From Macrostomum lignano (Eukaryota), in the NCBI GenBank assembly GCA_002269645.1, contig NIVC01000561.1:408845-472844 (forward strand): a stretch of 64,000 nucleotides of DNA. Reading direction: 5' to 3'. The stretch's first letter is position 1. Each line of letters begins with the position of its first letter. The notes under the pieces were generated by a model that had not been told where the DNA came from, ran no database searches, and saw only the letters and a program-made list of their open reading frames with translations. This document shows positions 10,371-28,168 of the stretch, in pieces. The translations under genes and the position numbers were made by a program.

Positions 10371-13300
10371 ATGAAATTACCTTGGCGGCCTTCGGAGGCT
10401 GCATGTCAACTGCCCATCGGCGGCATCAGGAGCCCGTCAACCACTCGATATTCGGTCGTGTTCCTGGCTATATTGGCCGTCTACAATGTGGCCGCTTGGC
10501 TGTTGTTCGGCTCGCAATATCCTTGGCGGGCTCTGTCTGCCAGGGCTAATGTGCTGTTCGTGTCTGAGCTGGGTGAACTGCTGGCCATCTGGCTGCTGTG
10601 GCGCTGGGTGCATCCGGGACGCGACATTTGGGAGCGAATCGTTGGCATCTTGATGACGCCTGTGTATCTGGGGACTGTGCTGGCCCTGCCTGCGGGTCTG
10701 CTGCTGTCGGGCGGAGCTCAGGTTGGGCTGGCTTTGAGTCATGATTCACGCCATTCGGTCACCTGATTCACGCCATTCAGTCATATGATTCACCTTATTT
10801 AGTAACCTGATTCACGCATTTCAGTCACCTGATTCACATCATTCAGTCACCTGATTCAAATCATTCAGTCACCTGATTCAAATCATTCAGTCACCTGATT
10901 CAAATCATTCAGTCACCGGATTCACATCATTCAGTCACCTGATTCACATCATTCAGTCACCTGATTCAAATCATTCAGTCACCTGATTCAAATCATTCAG
11001 TCACCGGATTCACATCATTCAGTCACCTGATTCAAATCATTCAGTCACCTGATTCACATCATTCAGTCACCTGATTCACATCATTCAGTCACCTGATTCA
11101 CATCATTCAGTCACCTGATTCACATCATTCAGTCACCTGATTCAAATCATTCAGTCACCGGATTCACATCATTCAGTCACCTGATTCACATCATTCAGTC
11201 ACCTGATTCAAATCATTCAGTCACCGGATTCACATCATTCAGTCACCTGATTCACATCATTCAGTCACCTGATTCAAATCATTCAGTCACCGGATTCACA
11301 TCATTCAGTCACCTGATTCACATCATTCAGTCACCTGATTCACATCATTCACTCATCTGAGTCACATTTACTCATCTGATTCACATCATTCATTAGTGAG
11401 GCGCACTTTTTCCCAGTGACGTCACCCATTCACGCCGCCCCCAACCGCAGGTGAATCCGCTAGTGCTGGCCTGCTACATCTGCGGCGGCCAGTGCCTGCA
11501 GTTTACATTTTACGCTCTGCTCGCGCACTGCTTGTCAATGTGCTATCGATTCTTGATCGGCACGCGGCTCGGTCCGATGCTCAATAAAGGATTTTTTTGC
11601 GCAGCTCTGCCATTGGCTGTTTCGGTTGCCATGACAACTGCTGGACTGTCCGGCGTGAGCAGCTCCGCCCTGTCTGCGGGTCGCGGCATTCCAGTTCGTC
11701 GGATCGACATCGAGCTGCCTCGGCTGCCTTCATCGATGCGCGGCCTTCAAGTGGCTCTGGTGTCCGACCTGCACATCGGCCCGACTGTGGGTGTACCTGA
11801 TGTGGCCGGGCTGGTCACCCAGTTGAACGGTTTGAAGCCGGATGTGGTGGCTCTGGTTGGCGATCTGGCTGACACGCCTGGCACTCAGTTTCTCAGCGCT
11901 GCGGCTCCGCTAGCCAATGTTCAGGCTAAGCTGGCCAAGGTGTACGTGACTGGCAATCACGAATACCTGACTATGCGGCCCCAGGCTTGGATTCGGGCTG
12001 TTGCTGCTGCCGGCTTCCAGCCTCTGGCCAATCAGGCTAGGTGAGGCTGCAGGACTGGATGAGTCTGGGTGACTTAGATGAGGCTTGATGACTTGGATGA
12101 GGCTGGATGACTTAGATGAGGCTGGGTGACTTAGATGAGGCTGGGTGACTTAGATGAGGCTGGGTGACTTAGATGAGGCTGGGTGACTTAGATGAGGCTG
12201 GGTGACTTGATGAGGCTGGGTGACTTAGATGAGGCTGGGTGACTTAGATGAGGCTGGGTGACTTGATGAGGCTGGGTGACTTAGATGAGGCTGGGTGACT
12301 TAGATGAGGCTGGGTGACTTAAATGAGGCTGGGTGACTCAGATGAGGCTTGATGACTTAGATGAGGCTTGGTGACTTGGATGAGGCTTGGTGACTTGGAT
12401 GAGGCTGGGTGACTTAGATGAGGCTGGGTGACTTAGATGAGGCTGGGTGACTTAGATGAGGCAGGGTGACTTAAATGAGGCTGGGTGACTTGATGAGGCT
12501 GGGTGACTTAGATGAGGCTGGGTGACTTGGATGAGGCTTGGTGACTTAGATGAGGCTGGGTGACTTGGATGAGGCTTGGTGACTTAGATGAGGCTGGGTG
12601 ACTTGATGAGGCTGGGTGACTTAGATGAGGCTGGGTGACTTAGATGAGGCTGGGTGACTTAGATGAGGCTGGGTGACTTGATGAGGCTTGGTGACTAAAT
12701 TGAGGCTGGGTGACTTAGATGAGGCGACTCAGATGAGGCTGGGTGACTTAGATGAGGTTGGGTGACTTGATGAGGTTGGGTGACTGGATGAGGCTGGGTG
12801 ACTAGATGAGGCTGGGTAAGGCAGGGCTGCGTCAGACACTGGGTGAGTATTTATTGAATATTTGATAAGGTGCCTGGAGACTGAGTAGGTTACCTGATGA
12901 GGCTAGTAAGAGGCTGGGTTAAAGACTAGTTGAGGCTGAATGAAAGACTTGATATGGCTGACTGGAAACCATGGCAACCGCTCTTCCCCATCGCAGACGC
13001 ATAGGCGGCCTCTGTCTGGCGGGCGTCAATGACCAGTTCGCGGACGTGGCCACGGACTCGGCGGAGCTGCACTACAACCTGAGTGCCGCCCTGTCTGCTT
13101 GCAGACCCTCTGACGCGGTGGTGCTGCTGGCACACCAGCCCAGCGTTGCTAAGGACGCCATCTCGTCCGGTGCCAACGTGGATTTGATTCTGTGCGGCCA
13201 CACCCACGCTGGGCAGTTCTTCCCGCTGACCATTCTAGCTAAGCTGGTGTTCCCCTTCAACTACGGGTATTACAGGGTGGGCCGCTATCAGATCTTTGTC

Positions 13301-13378
13301 ACCTCCGGTGCCATGTACTACGGGCCACCTTTGAGAACTCTTACTCAGCAGGAGATTGCGCTGGTTAGGCTGGTCTGA
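10371..13378 (+). CDS. TMPPE: Transmembrane protein with metallophosphoesterase domain (TMPPE-like), ~440 aa, 3 exons
   Basis: Exons 10371-10721, 11451-12040, 12997-13378 with consistent phases (0, 2). Hydrophobic N-terminal helices, then calcineurin-like motifs DLH, GD, GNHE, LAHQP, GHTHAGQ. Confidence 0.88.
10740..11390. repeat. 22-bp intronic minisatellite (TMPPE intron 1)
   Basis: Unit AGTCACCTGATTCACATCATTC. Confidence 0.95.
12055..12820. repeat. 19-bp intronic minisatellite (TMPPE intron 2)
   Basis: Unit GATGAGGCTGGGTGACTTA. Confidence 0.95.
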
Positions 13379-13414
13379 CCTGCCTGAGGAGTGATGCAGC
13401 TTGGGAGAGTGATT

Positions 13415-14285
13415 ACTTAGTTCCAGAGAGTGACAATTGAGAGTGCCCGAATTCGAGTAGAGAGTGACAATTGAGAGTGCCCGAATTCGAGTAGGGAGTG
13501 ACAATTGAGAGTATCCGAATTTGAGTAGAGAGTGACAATTGAGAGTGCCCGAATTCGAGTAGAGAGTGACAATTGAGAGTGCCCGAATTCGAGTAGAGAG
13601 TGACAATTGAGAGTGCCCGAATTCGAGTAGAGAGTGACAATTGAGAGTGCCCGAATTCGAGTAGAGAGTGACAATTGAGAGTGCCCGAATTCGGGTCGGG
13701 AGTGACAGTTGAGAGTGCCCGAATTCAAGTAGGGAGTGACAATTGATAGTGCCCGAATTCGGGTCGGGAGTGACAATTGAGAGTGCCCGAATTCGGGTCG
13801 GGAGTGACAATTGAGAGTGCCCGAATTCGAGTAGGGAGTGACAATTGAGAGTGCCCGAATTCGAGTAGGGAGTGACAATTGAGAGTGCCCGAATTCGGGT
13901 CGGGAGTGACAATTGAGAGTGCCCGAATTCGAGTAGGGCGTGACAGTTGAGAGTGCCCGAATTCGAGTAGGGAGTGACAATTGAGAGTGCCCGAATTCGG
14001 GTCGGGAGTGACAATTGAGAGTGCCCAAATTCGGGTCGGGAGTGACAATTGAGAGTGCCCGAATTCGAGTAGGGAGTGACAATTGAGAGTGCCCGACTTC
14101 GAGTAGGGAGTGACAATTGAGAGTGCCCGAATTCGGGTAGGGAGTGACAATTGAGAGTGCCCGAATTCGGGTCGGGAGTGACAATTGAGAGTGCCCGACT
14201 TCGAGTAGGGAGTGACAATTGAGAGTGCCCGAATTCAAGTAGGGAGTGACAATTGAGAGTGCCCGAATTCGAGTAGGGAGTGACA
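13415..14285. repeat. 34-bp minisatellite starting ~35 nt after the TMPPE stop
   Basis: Unit GAGAGTGACAATTGAGAGTGCCCGAATTCGAGTA, containing CAATTG and GAATTC palindromes. Confidence 0.95.
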
Positions 14286-15129
14286 ATGGCCCCAGTGCAC
14301 TAAAATTAAATGTGTTTTTGTTTTTCTATTATAAATCTCAATATTTTCATTGTTTTTTCTTATATTTACTTGTTACAGTTTTGTTATACAAATCTACATA
14401 TTAAAACTAATTATATCAACTTTATTAATAATTATATTAGGCCCAGTTTCTTAATTTGGCGTCTTTATCAACATCGAGCACTGCGTGTACTTTTCATATT
14501 ATAATTTACTTACACTTAATTAATTAATCTGCCACTACCGCCTCAATATTCAAAAGTACATCGTGTAACTATTCAGCTGAGATGTGTTGACGGTAGTGGC
14601 AGATTTTTCTCATATAGAAATTAATTCTTTCAATTTAGTATTTTTTCGTTTTGTAAACGCTTCTGAATCATTTCCAATCCCCGATGCTGCTGCAAATTCT
14701 GCCCAATCAGGAAATAAATGCGCATCCATCGCTACTTTCAGTAAGCTGTTTAATGCGTTTTTTAGTTTTTACTGGTAAATCTGTTTTATTGTGTTTTTAA
14801 ATTTGGTTTGTTATTTTTTAATTGTGAGAAGTTGCTCAAATAAAGAGCCACAATACCCTGGAAAATTGTATCGAAGCCGATATGTATCGAAATCAATTTT
14901 AATAAGGAACAATTTTCATTGCAGGCTCGTTGGAGAGTTCGGGGGAGTTAGGAAAAATCATGCGAATTCGCTTGCGTAGACGGCAAAGTGTATTTAATAA
15001 TTCTTTATAAACTTGATCATTTTCAATGTTGCATTGCAATTTTGAATAGATTTACTTGTACTTGCAATATTGTGTCCATAAGTGGTTACTGTAGGTACGT
15101 TAAGTGAAATAAATAACATAATTTAACAT

Positions 15130-15610
15130 TGTGGATATTTCCAGCAATCACCTTTCTGATATTTCTAGGAATCGCCTTTCTGATATTTCCAGGAATCGCC
15201 TTTCTGATATTTCCAGCAATCACCTTTCTGATATTTCTAGGAATTGCCTTTCCGATATTTCCAGGAATCGCTCATCTGATATTTCCAGGAATCGCCTTTC
15301 TAATATTTCCAGGAATCGCTCATCTGATATTTCCAGGAATCGCTCATCTGATATTTCCAGGAATCGCCTTTCTGATATTTCCAGGAATCGCTCATCTGAT
15401 ATTTTCAGGAATCGCCTTTCTGATATTTCCAGGAATTTCCTTTCTGATATTTCCAGGAATCGCCTTTCTGATATTTCCAGGAATTTCCTTTCTGATATTT
15501 CCAGGAATTTCCTTTCTGATATTTCCAGGAATTTCCTTTCTGATATTTCCAGGAATCGCCTTTCTGATATTTCCAGGAATCGCCTTTCTGATTTTTCCAG
15601 GAATCGCTTT
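15130..15610. repeat. 24-bp minisatellite
   Basis: Unit CTTTCTGATATTTCCAGGAATCGC. Confidence 0.95.
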
Positions 15611-16188
15611 CGAATCGAATCGGTAGTTCGAGCCTATATAACTCGTACTGTGCATTAAAATTAAAATTTATCATTTCAGGCATCACTGATTGGTAGTGAG
15701 CGGTGTACCGATTATTAAAGGAAATCAACATGCAAGCAATCAAACAAAATTAAAATCGTTGCAAAAGAGCCTAGTTCCTAGTTAGACATCACCCAATCTA
15801 GCCCTGCAAAGATAAACATTGCTTTTACTACTGACAATCCTTCATCAAGCCAGCGGCTGACCAAACAAAAATGGGGATTCAAATGGGACATTTAATTTTG
15901 TTGTCTCGTGTAAATTATTAAATTATACACGCTGTCGAATATAGAGACTGAGATGGGTCCCCGCAGTGCAAGACACAACTAGAGTCATGGTAACAGGATT
16001 CTTAGGAATGGTGGCGCCAGCACCAGAGGCGCCAGCACATTTGATATTCATTCTATAAAAACCTCATTTTCAAAAGCTTAAAATTCAAAGGTGATTAATA
16101 ATTTTAAGGGCGCCGCTGCAGATGGAGAATTGTCAGTGGAAGGCAATTTTGCTTATCCAAAACCTCAGCCTAAAAGTACGTAGATTCG

Positions 16189-17620
16189 CTACTGCAGAAA
16201 CTGCTCCTGCGGCTCCTGCGGCTGCTGCTGCTGCCTGCGCCTTGGCGGCGGCCCTTCTCTCTGCTTGGCCGTGAAGGCGTCCTGACTCGTAGATGTTGCC
16301 CATCCGCCGCTCGCATCCGCTCCGGCCGCGTGACCGCCTAGCGAAGCTGTGCCGGTCAGCTCGCCGCGGTGCCGCACCGGTGCCTGCCGGGGCTGCTGCG
16401 GCACCGAGCTGCTGGCCGAGGCGAAGTCTTCGTTGGTCACCGAGCGGCCGGCGAAAGGGCCCGACGGCATCTGGGTGGAGATTGGGGGGCGACTGGTTCA
16501 CCAGCTGATGTTGTATGGGCTCTGTGGCCTTCAATCCCTCCCACTCTGCCTGACCTCTGATACTTTCCTCACACCCTCTCTCCATCACCATCACACCCTC
16601 TCTCCCTCACACCCTCTCCCCTTCACACCCTCTCCCCTAACACCCTCTCTCCCGCATACCCTCTCCCCATCACCATCACACCCTCTCTCCCTCACACCCT
16701 CTCCCCATCACCATCACACCCTCTCTCCCTCACACCCTCTCCCCATCACCATCACACCCTCTCTCCCTCACACCCTCTCCCCTTCACACCCTCTCCCCTA
16801 ACACCCTCTCTCCCGCATACCCTCTCTCCCCTTCACACCCTCTTCCTTTAACACCCTCTCTCCCTCACATCCTCTCTTCCCTTTACATCCTCTCCCCTAA
16901 CACCCTCTCCCCCTCACACTCTCACACCCTCACACCCTCTCCCCTAACACTCTCTCCCCCTCACACTCTCACACCCTCACACCCTCTCCCCTAACACCCT
17001 CTCCCCCTCACACCCTCTCTCCCTCATACCCTCTCCTGCTCACACCCTCTCCAACTCACACCCTCACACCCTCTCCCCCTCACAACCTCTCCATCTCACA
17101 CCCTCTCCCCCTCTGATCCTTTCCTCTCCTTTCCTTTCCTCCCTCTCTCCCCTTCACACCCTCTTCCTTTAACACCCTCTCCCCTAACACCCTCTCTCCC
17201 TCACACTCTCACACCCTCACACCCTCTCCCCTAACACCCTCTCTCCCTCATACCCTCTCCTGCTCACACCCTCTCCATCTCACACCCTCACACCCTCTCC
17301 CCCTCTCTCCACCGCTCCCCATCCATCATACTGCCTTCCCGATTCCTCAAAATGCCTCTGCCCCAGCCTGAGCCGCACACCTGGATCTCCCCAGCAGGTC
17401 GAATCGGCTGCCTCCTCGTCGCCGCCTCGCCGCCACCGCCGCCAGCCTTGGCGAAGAACTTTCCAGTCGCCTCTTCGCCGCCCAGGCTGATCAGCTGATC
17501 GACTGGCCTCACGGCTCGAACTCGCTCGGCCGGGCTGTGCGTAGAGGCGCCAAAGTCGCCCTGGTAGGCAGAGCGAGCCGGAGGCTGCTGCTGAGCATCC
17601 TGCTGCTGGCTGTGGTGCAT
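16189..17620 (-). CDS. Small uncharacterised protein (~173 aa, 2 exons) with repeated [S/T]xxxxD[F/Y]-like motifs
   Basis: Exons 17620-17381 (ATG CAC CAC...; donor CAG|GTGTGC) and 16470-16189 (acceptor CCCAG|ATG), phase 0, separated by a repeat-filled intron. Further upstream exons are not excluded. Confidence 0.55.
16565..17310. repeat. CACACCCTCTC-type intronic repeat
   Basis: Degenerate tandem units filling the intron of the 16189-17620 gene. Confidence 0.9.
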
Positions 17621-17954
17621 CTCTGTCTCTGTCTGATGGGTCAAACACAGGCAATTATTGCCTCTGAGAATTATTTATACAATTTGCAGCGGTTGGGGCT
17701 TCTATAGCTACCTGTACTGGCTGGTTGCTATAACAACTGATTGGGGGCAAGGGGAATGGGGACGAGATTTATTGTGGAGCGGATGGAGGTAAGGAGAGAG
17801 CTGACGGCCGCCTTGCCATCTATTGTACGAGGCATATTGTATATTGTGTCTAAATTTAGCAACCTGCCATCCCGCACAGTTGGAGACTCGCTTGAGTTCT
17901 TTTGCCTCCACATCTACATTCTCATCGCCTACAGCTCTGGTTGTACAGACCTAT

Positions 17955-18780
17955 GGTCTTTCTCTCCTTGTTCTTCACACCCTGTCCTTCTCTCCCTGTC
18001 CTTCTCTCCTTGTTCTTCACACCCTGTCCTTCTCTCCCTGTCCTTCATACCCTGTCCTTCTCTCCCTGTCCTTCACACCCTGTCCTTCTCTCCCTGTCCT
18101 TCTCTCCCTGTCCTTCTCTCCCTGTCCTTCTCTCCCTGTCCTTCTCTCCCTGTCCTTTTCTCCCTGTCCTTCTCTCCCTGTCCTTCTCTCCCTGTCCTTC
18201 TCTCCCTGTCCTTCTCTCCCTGTCCTTCTCTCCCTGTCCTTCTCTCCCTGTCCTTTTCTCCCTGTCCTTTTCTCCCTGTCCTTCTCTCCCTGTCCTTCTC
18301 TCCCTGTCCTTCTCTCCCTGTCCTTCTCTCCCTGTCCTTCTCTCCCTGTCCTTCTCTCCCTGTCCTTCTCTCCCTGTCCTTCTCTCCCTGTCCTTCTCTC
18401 CCTGTCCTTCCATCTGTGTCCTTCTCTCCCTGTCCTTCCATCTGTGTCCTTCTCTCCCTGTCCTTCTCTCCCTGTCCTTCTCTCCCTGTCCTTCTCTCCC
18501 TGTCCTTCTCTCCCTGTCCTTCTCTCCCTGTCCTTCTCTCCCTGTCCTTCTCTCCCTGTCTTTCTCTCCCTGTCCTTCTCTCCCTGTCCTTCTCTCCCTG
18601 TCCTTTTCTCCCTGTCCTTCTCTCCCTGTCCTTCTCTCCCTGTCCTTCTCTCCCTGTCCCTCTCTCCCTGTCCTTCTCTCCCTGTCCTTCTCTCCCTGTC
18701 CTTTTCTCCCTGTCCTTCTCTCCCTGTCCTTCTCTCCCTGTCCTTCTCTCCCTGTCCTTCACTCCCTGTCCTCTCCCTGT
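17955..18780. repeat. 14-bp minisatellite
   Basis: Unit TTCTCTCCCTGTCC; source of several artefactual ORFs. Confidence 0.95.
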
Positions 18781-19294
18781 CCACGACAAGCCGGAGTTCT
18801 GCAGGACTTTTCCTGCAGAGCCGGCAACGCTGAGCACAGAATATCCAACCAGAACAGTTCCTGATGGTAGGTCCGCTTGCTGGCATTTATTAGGGAATCA
18901 GTGCGAGCACAGGATATTTCACATATCCGTCCGGTTCTCCAGCTGGTACTCAATGTACAGTATAATGATGCATAATACGCGCTCAGTTCAAATTTCTGTG
19001 AGACTTAGCTTGTATACATTAATGCCTTTTATAGACATTAAAAAATCGCTAAATATCCTTTTCCGCTACTTATTAGTAGGCTATCACTTGTACAAAGATA
19101 GATATTCATCTGAGTACATAGATTCTGCAATTTTAATTGGTGCTTTGATTCATAACCACTCAAACCCCATAAAGTTACTTTAGGAACCTGGTGACGACGA
19201 GTGTCATTATGTTTTGGTTAAGGGTTTGTTAAGACTGGGAACATAATCTGGGGAATACAAAATCTGGAGGATGCGAAGCTGTAAACACAGACAG

Positions 19295-19437
19295 ACGGGC
19301 AGACAGACAGACAGACGGACAGACACTAAGACAGACAGACAGACACTAAGACAGACAGACAGACAGAAGACAGACATACAGACAGACAGAAAGACAGAAA
19401 GACAGACAGACAGACAGTCAGACAGACAGACAGATAA

Positions 19438-19486
<49 letters not shown>

Positions 19487-19527
19487 AAGACAGACAGACA
19501 GATAAACAGACAGACAGACAGACACTA

Positions 19528-19596
<69 letters not shown>

Positions 19597-19720
19597 GGCA
19601 GACAGAAAGACAGACAGACAGACAAACAGACAGACTGACAGACAAACAAGCACTAAGGCAGGCAGACAGAAAGACAGACAAACAAACACCAAAGCAGACA
19701 GACAGACAGACAGACAGACA
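19295..19720. repeat. (GACA)n microsatellite
   Basis: Long GACA run with CACTAA interruptions. Confidence 0.95.
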
Positions 19721-20334
19721 CATCGACTGAAAAGTCAAACTGTGATTGTTGCAGGACCTGCAATGTCCATATTATACAACGACAAGTAGCTTGCAACTCT
19801 GATGATAATTTGTTTAGTTCAGCCCCGAGGCGGCTAAAAGCAGTTCGTATTGCACACGCAGTTCAAGCAACCAATGAGATGAACTGGAGTATGCGACTGG
19901 TTCGTTGTCTCTGATAATTACTTTGAGCCGAACCGTATGCACTAAGTTTGAATTGCCCAGAGCACTGAGTTTATCATGCAGGTATTCACATATGAACATT
20001 TATAAAAGTATCTTCTTACTGATTAGCAATTGGATAGGAAGCAAATTTGAGAAATCTAAAAAAAATCAACTCGAGTGGCAATAGCTCACAATATTTTCAG
20101 TTAAAGTACGTACAGCTTGAAAAAGTTACACACGTGAGTTCACAAAGGTTTATCAGTGCTTTTGTCTAATTAGCAACCAATCTTTCGAGTTTTCGACAAA
20201 AGCCCAAACAGAAATATAACCTTCAGAACGCACCTCAATAAACCCTCTCTTCTTGGATTTTATGCTCGTAGTTAATGAGTTATTTATAGACAATAAAATT
20301 TTATTCGTCTCCACTCCACTTTCTTCCCTTCCCT

Positions 20335-20560
20335 GCACTCTGGTTGGCTGATCTTATCTAAGCAACCTCACTCCGACTTCTTCCCTTCCCTACACTCTAA
20401 TTGGCTGACTTAATCTAGGCAACCACCTCACTCTGATTTCTTCCCTGCCATGCACTCTGATTGGCTGACCAAATCTAGGCGACCACCTCACTCCGATTTT
20501 TTCCTTTCCCTGCACTCTGAATGCCTGACCAAATCTAGGCGACCACCTCGCTCATTTAGT
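20335..20560. repeat. ~60-bp degenerate repeat with CTGATTGG (CCAAT box) upstream of Amt
   Basis: About 4 units of CACTCT(G/A)ATTGGCTGA..AATCTAGGC.ACCACCTCACTC. Confidence 0.75.
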
Positions 20561-20611
20561 CCTTCGCTCTAGCACCCGAACCAGCCAACCCATCCTCCTC
20601 TTCGACAGCAG

Positions 20612-26617
<6,006 letters not shown>

Positions 26618-26979
26618 CGATGTTGCTAATGAGAATTGATATTAGCTGCTTTCTCTACTGAATCAGTAGTATGGTGCAGACTTCAATCTTTATTTACGTA
26701 TTAAATAATAGTAGCGAAATTCGTGTGAAAAAGTGACTTTTATTGTCGGCGTATCCATATCCATCTCAAAAGAAGCTTAGGTTTGTTTCCCCACATCTAA
26801 ATGCGATTTATTTCTAATAGTCATAAGAAATAGATTTGTTGAGTTAAATAATCTTCTCAAGGATTAGCAGAGCTTAGAGAGGCAAAGCGAAATTTTTTTT
26901 CAGTTTATTTTCAACCAATTCCATGGATGTCTGTGCAACTGTTCCAGTAGAGCTGGTCACCAAAACTGGATTAAAATGT

Positions 26980-27920
26980 TGCAATCAATCAATTTTCTAA
27001 CCCCCTGCACCCACCTCATGATCCACTCCCTTCCTCCTCCTCCAGCACCCACCTCGCTCCACTCCTTCCTCCTCCAGCACCCACCTCGCTCCACTCCCTT
27101 CCTCCTCCTCCAGCACCCACCTCGCTCCACTCCTTCCTCCTCCAGCACCCACCTCGCTCCACTCCCTCCTCCAGCACCCACCTCACTCCACTCCCTTCCC
27201 CCTCCAGCACCCACCTCACTCCACTTCTTTACTCCTCCAGCACCCACCTCGCTCCACTCCCTTCCCCCTCCAGCACCCACCTCACTCCACTCCCTTCCCC
27301 CTCCAGCACCCACCTCACTCCACTTCTTTACTCCTCCAGCACCCACCTCGCTCCACTCCCTTCCCCTCCAGCACCCACCTCACTCCACTCCCTTCCCCCT
27401 CCAGCACCCACCTCACTCCACTTCTTTACTTCTCCAGCACCCACCTCGCTCCACTCCCTTCCCCCTCCAGCATCCACCTCACTCCACTCCCTTCCTCCTC
27501 CTCCAGCACCCACCTCGCTCCACTCCTTCCTCCTCCAGCACCCACCTCGCTCTACTCCCTCCTCCAGCACCCACCTCACTCCACTCCCTTCCCCCTCCAG
27601 CACCCACCTCGCTCCACTCCCTTCCTCCTCCAGCACCCACTTCGCTCCACTCCCTTCCTCCTCCAGCACCCACCTCGCTCCACTCCCTTCCTCCTCCAGC
27701 ACCCACCTCACTCCACTCCCTTCCTTCTCCAGCACCCACCTCGCTCCACTCCCTTCCTCCTCCAGCACCCACCTCGCTCCACTCCCTTCCTCCTCCAGCA
27801 CCCACCTCGCTCCACTCCCTTCCTCCTCCAGCACCCACCTCACTCCACTTCTTTACTCCTCCAGCACCCACCTCGCTCCACTCCCTTCCTCCTCCAGCAC
27901 CCACCTCACTTCACTCCCTT
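26980..27920. repeat. ~33-bp C-rich intergenic minisatellite
   Basis: Unit CCAGCACCCACCTCGCTCCACTCCCTTCCTCCT. Confidence 0.95.
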
Positions 27921-28168
27921 CCTCCTTTAGCACGACCTCTCTCCATTCGTTTCCCTTCCTCTAGCACCTGCTTGCAGTAGTTCAGTGACATATCCAAACA
28001 GTATGCATACTCGTTATTACTGACCAATTTCAGCTTCCAATCACAACCATAGACACTGGCGTGCTTGTGCTAAAATAAATGAATACACTCATGGCAGGAT
28101 AATAAGCAATCTGCTACTACGCCTAAGCCCAGCCCCGAGAACAACAATCTGCAAATATCCAATAAACC

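Noticed and set aside
10371-13378. Bacterial YkuE-type phosphoesterase transfer
   Set aside because: Introns and the TM-plus-MPP layout match the widespread animal TMPPE.
13235-14286. Long repetitive ORFs on the - strand (also 8673-9233, 15129-15658, 17741-18886, 25303-25950, 26976-27980, 32235-32952, 39049-39993, 63103-63976)
   Set aside because: Tandem-repeat translations, open in multiple frames, and mostly inside introns of genes defined by motifs.
17708-19999. Possible extra upstream exons of the 16189-17620 gene (17.7-17.95, 18.8-18.95, 19.8-20.0 kb)
   Set aside because: Some splice-like sites are present, but I could not build a consistent in-frame model or recognise homology.
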